In this document: positions 34,469-41,748 of the stretch, one piece after another
How the letters are laid out: every line of letters starts with the position of its first letter
Numbering within the stretch: position 1 is the first letter of the stretch
Origin: a virus
Lineage: Duplodnaviria; Caudoviricetes
DNA length: 41,748 nucleotides
Reading direction: 5' to 3' (one strand)
IMG/VR virus record: IMGVR_UViG_3300022922_000019
Span: 1-41,748 of that record
Made by a program: the position numbers and the translations under genes
The notes under the pieces: generated by a model
Told to the model about the DNA's origin: nothing
The model's database searches: none
The model's input: only the letters and a program-made list of their open reading frames with translations

Positions 34469-35776
34469 ATGCAAAAATTAAATATAGATTCTTCAAGGGA
34501 ATCAATTTTGAATGCAGCACTTATGGGTGTTGAATTTGAATTCTATTCTAATATCGATCTAGAAGCTACCAAAAAATCTTTGGCTCAGCTTCTAGATCGT
34601 AAGATTAGGTTGGAAGACAAAGCTCATTCGGATTTCCAACCATCTGCAGAAGAATTTAAAATAGAACCAGATATGTCGGGTGGAAAAGGTCTAATGGAAC
34701 TAGTTACAGGACCTATTCCGTATAGAAATGCTAGAATAGTTGTAAACAAAGTTTTAGATTGGATATCTAAAAACGGATACACTAACGATAGAGCATCAAT
34801 TCATGTTAATTTATCATTCGATAAAAAATTCTTAGAAGATAAAGATCTTATTTCTAGAATGAACGTTCTTAAGTTTATTTTAGAATTTGATGAAAAACAA
34901 GTTTATAAATTCTTTCCTAATAGAGAAAATTCCGCATACGCAAAGAGTGTTAAATGGGTAATGCCAAAATGGGAAGCATTTCATTTTGACGCAAATCAAA
35001 TTGCATCTAATAATTTTAAATTTGCCGATACTAAATACTATGGAATAAACTTTTCAAAGAAGGAAAAGAATTATTTAGAATTCAGATACTTAGGAGGTCA
35101 AAATTATGAAAAGAAAGTTGATAATATACTTTATTTAACTGAGAGTTTTTTAATGCAAATGTGGCATTCTTGTAATGATCCTAGATTTACAGCTGAAAAT
35201 AAAATAGAACTTCAGAGAATTTTAAATAAAAATAAACCTATTTCAGAGGCACTTAAAAATTATACTAATGTCAATAAACATTGGCCTAATATAGAAATAT
35301 TAGTAGATTTACAAAGTAATCCTACTATTATTAATGTACACTGGGAAAGATTTAAACACAGAGTTGTTGATTTATTGGTCAATGGTTCTATGGAAGCAGG
35401 AATTATAAACTACGATTCAGATTATGGTGCAGTTCAAGTGAAAGATGGAAAGTTTCCAACGGTTTATTTACTAGAAAATTTTGAATTTATAGACTGTGAA
35501 TTAACAGGTAATATAACTAACTGTAGTTTTTATAATTGTGAAGTTAATGGTTCTGCTGTTATGATGTGTAGTCTATATAAAGGTACTAAAGTAAAAGAGT
35601 CTAAAGTAGAATCATGTTATACGCATGGAAGTTGTGAATTAACCAACTGTTATGTTGCCGGAAGAGACACTATGTTTAAAGGTAAAATGATAGGTGGAAT
35701 ATTTAGAGAGGGCTTTAGAAGTAAAGACGCTAGATTTGAAGAAACTGAAATAGTAGTAAGTAAAAAAATAAACTAA
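34469..35776 (+). CDS. putative amidoligase (COOH-NH2 ligase, Amidoligase_2-like) with beta-repeat C-terminus
   Basis: GVEFEF, IEPD, ELVTGP, SIHVNLS, KYYGINF, EFRYLGG. Confidence 0.75.
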   Translation: MQKLNIDSSRESILNAALMGVEFEFYSNIDLEATKKSLAQLLDRKIRLEDKAHSDFQPSAEEFKIEPDMSGGKGLMELVTGPIPYRNARIVVNKVLDWISKNGYTNDRASIHVNLSFDKKFLEDKDLISRMNVLKFILEFDEKQVYKFFPNRENSAYAKSVKWVMPKWEAFHFDANQIASNNFKFADTKYYGINFSKKEKNYLEFRYLGGQNYEKKVDNILYLTESFLMQMWHSCNDPRFTAENKIELQRILNKNKPISEALKNYTNVNKHWPNIEILVDLQSNPTIINVHWERFKHRVVDLLVNGSMEAGIINYDSDYGAVQVKDGKFPTVYLLENFEFIDCELTGNITNCSFYNCEVNGSAVMMCSLYKGTKVKESKVESCYTHGSCELTNCYVAGRDTMFKGKMIGGIFREGFRSKDARFEETEIVVSKKIN

Positions 35777-35780
35777 TATA

Positions 35781-36623
35781 ATGAGTGAAATTAGAAGCGG
35801 GTCTAATAACGACTTGACAACCGGAAGACAATTTGATGCAAACTGTTTGAACGCATTTCTAGATGAATTAGGTGACGATATCACAGGAGCATGTATGGTT
35901 CCTATTAATTTACCACAAAAAGAAATTATTAATATAATTAAGAGAGCTAAAAAATGGTTTTATAAAAAATATGAATATTCTGTAAAAGAGAATTTATACC
36001 ATATTCCAAATAGCGTATTTAGTAGTGATTATTTTAAATCTCACAGAACTCTTAATTTACCAGGACCAAGTTTAGATGGCGGAGGTGGAGTATTTTCTGT
36101 TTATGGATTATATGACCTAATGTCTGGTTTCCATGGTCAAGGAGGTGGATTAGATCTTAGATTCCAGTCTGGTGGTGACTTCTCAATGGAGAGAATGTTG
36201 TTTAGAGGTATGTATGAAGGTTCTGGAATGGCTGAGGCTGCAGAAGAATTGCAATACTATGTATTGAATGCTTCAATGGCAGATTTGTCTAGACAGATCC
36301 TAGAGAACCCCATTTCTTATGCATATTCCAGTTTAACTGGTGAACTTAAGTTTTTAGGAGATACACCAAAGGGTGATGTTATTCTGGAGATTTACGAAAC
36401 TATTCCTGATTGCGCGTTATATGAAGATGAGATTTTCTTTAGATATGTTAGCGCTAAAATTAAACAATCTATCGGTACTAAACTTGGAATCTTTAAGTTT
36501 GCTTTACCCGGTAATGTCGATTTTGATTATGATGCTATTAAGTCGATGGGAGATGATGAACTTAGTATTATAGAAGAAGAGATTAAGGGAGACGAAGGTG
36601 TAGATTGGATGATGCATTCGTAA
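35781..36623 (+). CDS. neck protein, T4 gp13-like
   Basis: INIIKRAKKWF; YVSAKIK...LG...ALPGNVDFDYDAI. Confidence 0.7.
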   Translation: MSEIRSGSNNDLTTGRQFDANCLNAFLDELGDDITGACMVPINLPQKEIINIIKRAKKWFYKKYEYSVKENLYHIPNSVFSSDYFKSHRTLNLPGPSLDGGGGVFSVYGLYDLMSGFHGQGGGLDLRFQSGGDFSMERMLFRGMYEGSGMAEAAEELQYYVLNASMADLSRQILENPISYAYSSLTGELKFLGDTPKGDVILEIYETIPDCALYEDEIFFRYVSAKIKQSIGTKLGIFKFALPGNVDFDYDAIKSMGDDELSIIEEEIKGDEGVDWMMHS

Positions 36624-36644
36624 ATAAACAAGATAAATATATAA

Positions 36645-37001
36645 ATGGAATTATACATAAAATATCCGACTGATCCTAATTACGATCCGTATCAAGTTCA
36701 AACTAATAGTGAAATAGAAATGTTGATTACACAAATTCAAACACTTTTATTTACTAATACGGGTGAAGTGATGGGTAGTTATAGATTTGGTTGTGATTTA
36801 GAAAAACTTATATATGATTTCAACGCAAGTGCATATAATGTGAAATCTATTATAATTGAACAAATAAATCAATATTGTCCATTAGCTGAAAAATTCAATA
36901 TAGATGTTAATGTTGAGTTTTTAAAGGGTAAAGTTAGAGATATTGGTTTAATCGATATTACAATAGATAGTAGATATGCTATAAAAATAAGCATGCTATA
37001 A
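36645..37001 (+). CDS. baseplate wedge protein gp25-like
   Basis: IQTLLFTNTGEVMG..RFGCDLEKLIYD...IIEQINQYCP. Confidence 0.85.
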   Translation: MELYIKYPTDPNYDPYQVQTNSEIEMLITQIQTLLFTNTGEVMGSYRFGCDLEKLIYDFNASAYNVKSIIIEQINQYCPLAEKFNIDVNVEFLKGKVRDIGLIDITIDSRYAIKISML

Positions 37002-37017
37002 AAAAGTATACAAAAAA

Positions 37018-38847
37018 ATGGCAGAATTAAAATTTTTAAATACAATTAGAACAAGTGCTAGTCAAATAAATAATGACGCTAGAACTTATATTTCTAGAGT
37101 GTATAAAAGAGCAAACAACTTATTTACAGTTGCTTCTCCTTTTGCACAGATACTGAGCGTCTTATCTGAGATGGTAGAATTAGTTATGTTCTATATAGAA
37201 GATTCTGTCGTTGAACAAAACATATACACTGCACAACAACCTGAATCTATTTATGGTATGTCTAGATTAACCGGTCATGACGCAACTAGAGGTTTTGCAG
37301 CGACTGGTGAGATTGATTTTAGGTGGAAACCAGGTGCAGATATGGCTAAAATTGCAGGTAGCACATTAAATATAGACGGTAGAGCTAAACTTAAATTTGA
37401 CATAAATGGTTTAACTTACACTCTATTAAATTCTGTAGATAAATTTAAACTAGAAAAAACAAATTTTAATTCATTTAGAACTTCTATAATTCAAGGTGAA
37501 TTTGAATCTCAAACATTAACTGCAACTGGTGAAAAACTACAGTCTTATAATGTCAATACTAGTGGTCTGACTGATCATAGTAAAATTAGTGTAAGCGTAA
37601 ATGGTGAGTTATGGACTAAACATAATTCTTTATATGATATTAATTATGAAGAAAAAGCATATCTAGTTAAAACAGGTATTAGTGGAGGTTTAGATATTTA
37701 TTTTGGAAATGGTAGTTTTGGTGCTATACCACCCGCAGGTGCTTCAATAGTTGTTGAATATGTAAAACACAGTGGTTTAAATGGTAATTTAGATGATTCA
37801 CCTGATTTAACTATCAAATGGGACGCGGTTGGTTCCGATTCACTGGGAACTGAACATGATCTAAATGAATTTTTAGATGTTACTATTACATCTTCACCTA
37901 AAATGGGGAGCGATAGAGAATCTACTCAATTTACTAAAATAATGACACCATTAGCTAGTAAATCATTTGTCCTAGCTACACCCGATAATTATGAATACTT
38001 TTTATCTAGATATAATATGTTCTCATATATAGATGCATATAATACTACAGATGATCAATATTTAGATGACGATAATGTTATTTATATTTTTGCTATTCCA
38101 GATGCTAAGAAAAAATTAGCAAAAAATCAAGATTATTTTAGCATGCCTGAACAAGAAATGTTTTTAGATCAAGGTGAGTATGATGCTATGCATAAAGTAT
38201 TAGAAGATAGCGGTCAACAAATGGTTACAACTGAAGTTGTTTTCGTTAAACCACAAGTTAGACACTATAGCATGGATATTAATATTAGATACTTTGAGGG
38301 TTACACTAAAGAAGAAATATACAATAGTGTTAGATCCAAAGTTTCAGAATATTTATTAAATATTACTCGAAGAGATAAATTACCTAAATCTGATATTATT
38401 TATATCTTAGAAGAAATAGAAGGTATAGATGCTGTTAATATTAGATTTATTTCAGAAACTGAAGAAACCGCTAGAAGACAAGGTTATTACGAATCTGTTA
38501 ATATCAGTGTAGTACCTCAAGAACCTGTCACACTAGAAACTATAGGAAACGGTAAACAAAAATATGTTTTCTTTAAGAAAATAGAAGATGTTAAACTAGT
38601 AACAGTAGATGAATCTACTCAAATACCTGATCACGTGAGAGGTTTAGATCAGTGGGGAGATATTATCATGGAGAAAGAAGAAGTTGCTGTATTTAGAGGT
38701 GGATGGTTAGACAGAGATGGTGATTTAATAGAAGATGATGTGCTAATGAATGCAGAAGCGGCCGTTAGTATTAACTTTGAAGCAGATCCTGTGCCTAAAA
38801 CAATTTACACTAGGGTTCAAGCTGGAAATAGAAGAGCACTTAAGTAA
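37018..38847 (+). CDS. baseplate wedge protein gp6/J-like
   Basis: EQNIYTAQ...SI, IIQGE, VSVNGELW, IYFGNGSFGAIPPAG..IVVEY, ES...K, TPDNYE. Confidence 0.85.
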   Translation: MAELKFLNTIRTSASQINNDARTYISRVYKRANNLFTVASPFAQILSVLSEMVELVMFYIEDSVVEQNIYTAQQPESIYGMSRLTGHDATRGFAATGEIDFRWKPGADMAKIAGSTLNIDGRAKLKFDINGLTYTLLNSVDKFKLEKTNFNSFRTSIIQGEFESQTLTATGEKLQSYNVNTSGLTDHSKISVSVNGELWTKHNSLYDINYEEKAYLVKTGISGGLDIYFGNGSFGAIPPAGASIVVEYVKHSGLNGNLDDSPDLTIKWDAVGSDSLGTEHDLNEFLDVTITSSPKMGSDRESTQFTKIMTPLASKSFVLATPDNYEYFLSRYNMFSYIDAYNTTDDQYLDDDNVIYIFAIPDAKKKLAKNQDYFSMPEQEMFLDQGEYDAMHKVLEDSGQQMVTTEVVFVKPQVRHYSMDINIRYFEGYTKEEIYNSVRSKVSEYLLNITRRDKLPKSDIIYILEEIEGIDAVNIRFISETEETARRQGYYESVNISVVPQEPVTLETIGNGKQKYVFFKKIEDVKLVTVDESTQIPDHVRGLDQWGDIIMEKEEVAVFRGGWLDRDGDLIEDDVLMNAEAAVSINFEADPVPKTIYTRVQAGNRRALK

Positions 38848-39128
38848 TGGGATTATTCGACAACTTATTAGGATATAGAAGACGTAAGAGATATGATTTT
38901 GTAAAATCTAGAAAGGATTCTAGGTTAAACGCAGGTTATAAGTATGAAGAATTACCACCCGGAGAATTTATAGGTAGATCTCTTTCTGGACACATTCAAA
39001 GAAACGAGACTATCCAGCATTTTCTAATATTTATGGATGATACTATTAAATATTTATTGAAGGGTACCAGATACCTTAACAATTATAAAAATTATACCGT
39101 CAAAGAAGACGATAACGAAACGAGATAA
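38847..39128 (+). CDS. hypothetical protein in baseplate cluster
   Basis: 93 aa with TAATG overlaps on both sides. Confidence 0.7.
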   Translation: MGLFDNLLGYRRRKRYDFVKSRKDSRLNAGYKYEELPPGEFIGRSLSGHIQRNETIQHFLIFMDDTIKYLLKGTRYLNNYKNYTVKEDDNETR

Positions 39129-41748
39129 TGTACAACAATTTAAGATTTTTTAGAGGATTAGAATACGATCTCAATTTTGAAAAGGATGATTTTGACGTAT
39201 ATACTGGAACTATTCATTTACCAGAAGTTTCTGCAGGTCTATACGAAACAGTTAATCTTTTTATATTAGAAGAATGTGTATATAGAGGTGACAGTATAGT
39301 TAATTTTCCTATATCTGATTCTGTGGACAAAGATAGTCTTATTTTTGAATGGGAAGAGGTTGATAAATTTAATAGTAAATCTATTATATTATATGACATA
39401 GATCATTCTGGTAATTTACCAGTCATTAGTGAATTAAAATCACAATCGATAGAGTTAATTGATTATAGCTCAGTAGATTCAATCATTGATGATGTTAAAC
39501 ACCTTAATACAATTAATAATTCTGCTATTCAAATAAATATAGCGTTAAATTCTACACAGTCTGGTCAACACACTAGAATATTAAATATTTATAGTAGTGT
39601 GGATGGTAGTAAAACACTAATAGCTCAAATAGAAATATATGGTGAAGTAGTTACTGAGGACGAAAGACTTAAAGTGTTATTACAAAACTTCGGCGCAGCA
39701 TTAGATGAAGCTGACTTTATGTTATTTAAAGATCACGATATTAGTGAAATGTCGCCTGACTATAAATTACTAAATAGAAAAAGAAAAGAGCTTTTATTAG
39801 AGTTACACAATATTAAACCATTTGTCGGTACATATAAAGCTATATTAAATGCAATCGATTTCTTTGGATATAATAAATTAACTCTAAAAGAGTATTGGTT
39901 AAATGTAGATAGTGGAGTAAAAAACTTTGGTAAACTATTTGCAATACCTGTTGCTAATTCTTCCACAAGAGGCGAAATGACTAGAAAGAAACTTAAATTT
40001 AAGTTGCCTTCTAGTACAATGAAAAAAACAAGTAAGTTTAGTTTAGTATATAGATTAAATGAACCTAACGGGACATATGATCAATGGGATATACCTAACG
40101 TAACTGAAACATTTGATTATACACCCGAAGAGGTTTTAATTAAATTATATGGACTTAAGGCTAAATTACAAAAAGAATATTTACCATTACAATCTAAAAT
40201 AATAGATATCACAGCTGAAGGTGATTATTTTACACAAAGAAATATAAACGTTTGGAATATTCAAAATGATATTAATTTCTTTAGCGAAGGTCACACTATT
40301 AAATTTAATATATTTCCAAACGATAGACAACTTTTTGTTGAGGATTTATCAATGGTTTTAAAACCATCTTTAGATCAAAACAGTCTTATTAATAACTATA
40401 ATAAATTTCTTAATTTAAAAGTAGGAGAAGAAAGCACTCTTACATATGATGAAAGAGCGGAGTTAAAGGATGCTTTTAGATTATTTTATGAAACATACCA
40501 TGATAGAGAATTACACTCTTATAATCCTAATATTCCTATAGGATGTCCAATATTATTAGATGGAACTGAATCATTTGATGACATATGGGATGAAGCTGAA
40601 TTTACATGGGAAGATGCACACAATCCAAATGAAACACTATTAGTTACATGGGATAATTGGTGGAAAGCATGGGTATATGAAATAGAATGGTTAATTACTG
40701 GTAAAGGTACCGGTTGGAGTAAAACATATAGAGGTCCTATTGATGATTATTTAGTTTTCCCATTAATATTACCACATGATGATTTATATGATGTCGAAAT
40801 GAGAACATACGATTTATTTGGACACATGTCTTATTATAAACATAAAGACCTTATCGATGTTAAATTAAAACAACTAGAATTATATGGTATTTATAAGTGG
40901 TTAGAAAACCAAACATGGGACGGCAAATCGTTACCATGGAATGGTTCAGGCGGTTATTGGGATTCTCCTCAAGATAATGTAACACAAATCGATGATGCTA
41001 TTGCTACTCTTTATTTAACGTTAGATCGTGCGAACTATGTGCATCTGGAAGAAGATCAAGGTTTAAGGTTTTCAACGGTTAGAAGATATATTGATACTTA
41101 CTCTAGAACTGGCTTTACAGAGACTACTGGACCATACCAATGGGACGAATCTACATTCAGATATAAAGATACTGAACATCTTTCATGGGACTTCATGAGA
41201 GTTGGACCAGATTTAACGGCCAGTTTTAAAATAAATGACATTCAACAGGGTGATAAATTAGTAATAAAATTCCAAGATCCAATAACAAAAGCAATAAGCT
41301 TTGGTGAACACATTATAACTAATGCCACTCCTACTACTGTCAATGACGTAAATGGTTGGACTGCTATTATGGATGAGCTAAATGCAAGTGAAGACGTTGT
41401 AATTAGTAAGTTTAATTTTAACGCAGTGTTCGAAGATCTTGATGACAATGATGTTAGCGATGTATTTAGATTTATATTAGCCGTAGGTTGGGAATATTCA
41501 AAAACGTATGACTTTGAAGAAGTCTATATTGAGAAAATAAATCCTTCGTCAAATTCTAATATAAGCGGTGAAGTACATGTTAAACATTACAATCCAACGT
41601 TTGACGATACTAAGATATTTAAAGATTTTGCTGAAGTAGAAAGATCTACTCATATTACAATTTCTACAGATATTTCTAAGTTCCCAGGTGCTAAAAATTC
41701 AAAATGGACTATTACAAATATAACTAACCCAGAAATCACTGATATATA
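39128..41748 (+). CDS. large structural protein (gp7-like wedge candidate), 3'-partial, not in ORF track
   Basis: ATG 39128 (MYNNLRFFRGLEY...). The start and end read open in the same frame and the track shows no closed + ORF here. At least 873 aa; contains VGTYKAILNAIDFFGY; follows the gp6-like gene. Confidence 0.7.
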   Translation, partial: MYNNLRFFRGLEYDLNFEKDDFDVYTGTIHLPEVSAGLYETVNLFILEECVYRGDSIVNFPISDSVDKDSLIFEWEEVDKFNSKSIILYDIDHSGNLPVISELKSQSIELIDYSSVDSIIDDVKHLNTINNSAIQINIALNSTQSGQHTRILNIYSSVDGSKTLIAQIEIYGEVVTEDERLKVLLQNFGAALDEADFMLFKDHDISEMSPDYKLLNRKRKELLLELHNIKPFVGTYKAILNAIDFFGYNKLTLKEYWLNVDSGVKNFGKLFAIPVANSSTRGEMTRKKLKFKLPSSTMKKTSKFSLVYRLNEPNGTYDQWDIPNVTETFDYTPEEVLIKLYGLKAKLQKEYLPLQSKIIDITAEGDYFTQRNINVWNIQNDINFFSEGHTIKFNIFPNDRQLFVEDLSMVLKPSLDQNSLINNYNKFLNLKVGEESTLTYDERAELKDAFRLFYETYHDRELHSYNPNIPIGCPILLDGTESFDDIWDEAEFTWEDAHNPNETLLVTWDNWWKAWVYEIEWLITGKGTGWSKTYRGPIDDYLVFPLILPHDDLYDVEMRTYDLFGHMSYYKHKDLIDVKLKQLELYGIYKWLENQTWDGKSLPWNGSGGYWDSPQDNVTQIDDAIATLYLTLDRANYVHLEEDQGLRFSTVRRYIDTYSRTGFTETTGPYQWDESTFRYKDTEHLSWDFMRVGPDLTASFKINDIQQGDKLVIKFQDPITKAISFGEHIITNATPTTVNDVNGWTAIMDELNASEDVVISKFNFNAVFEDLDDNDVSDVFRFILAVGWEYSKTYDFEEVYIEKINPSSNSNISGEVHVKHYNPTFDDTKIFKDFAEVERSTHITISTDISKFPGAKNSKWTITNITNPEITDI

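Noticed and set aside
1144-41448. Minus-strand and nested alternate-frame ORFs in the track
   Set aside because: All overlap well-supported + strand genes, have no recognisable motifs and are shadow ORFs.
1-41748. Stop-codon reassignment, as in some large phages
   Set aside because: Conserved genes are full-length under the standard code, and TAG and TGA end genes at natural positions (phoH TAG, rnhB TGA).
1-41748. tRNA/rRNA genes, introns, inteins, transposases or homing endonucleases
   Set aside because: No cloverleaf or T-loop signature seen in the short intergenic gaps, enzymes are of normal length, and no such motifs were recognised. tRNAscan was not run.
41741-41748. GATATATA at the window end
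   Set aside because: It lies inside an open reading frame with no downstream context visible.
1-41748. Bacterial chromosome or prophage origin, given housekeeping-like genes (rpsU, rpsA, dnaJ, rnhB, phoH)
   Set aside because: These genes are interspersed with T4-like structural genes and phage-type small ORFs on one strand, and no integrase or host operon structure is seen.

Overview
AT-rich, gene-dense window with every credible gene on the + strand. It reads as part of a large T4-superfamily-like myophage (jumbo/huge phage), most likely infecting Bacteroidota. The host inference rests on Bacteroidota-type bS21 and bS1 and on A/T-rich leaders that mostly lack Shine-Dalgarno sequences. From 1 to 24.8 kb lie accessory and metabolic genes: ATP-grasp enzyme (partial), 3'-5' exonuclease, Hsp20, DnaJ, bS21, PhoH, RNase HII, nucleotidase, a split RNA-repair set (ligase, kinase, phosphatase), UvsE, a GT25 glycosyltransferase, dCMP deaminase, a DinG helicase and a lipoprotein. 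From 24.8 to 41.7 kb lie baseplate/neck genes (gp53, hub, gp5, gp13, gp25, gp6-like and a large ORF running off the edge), interrupted by a 4-domain ribosomal protein S1 and an amidoligase. Main observations: (1) nine proteins carry a shared N-terminal MKHIKLFExFxNE tag, resembling the T4 capsid-targeting sequence, fused to diverse payloads; (2) three separable promoter-like motif classes occur, often fused to terminators; (3) three proteins with a Cys-variant UVR motif surround the chaperone/bS21 genes; (4) hsp20 has a sigma54-like upstream region and a structured leader; (5) there is a candidate ~60-nt sRNA. All assignments come from motif recognition by eye; no database searches were run.
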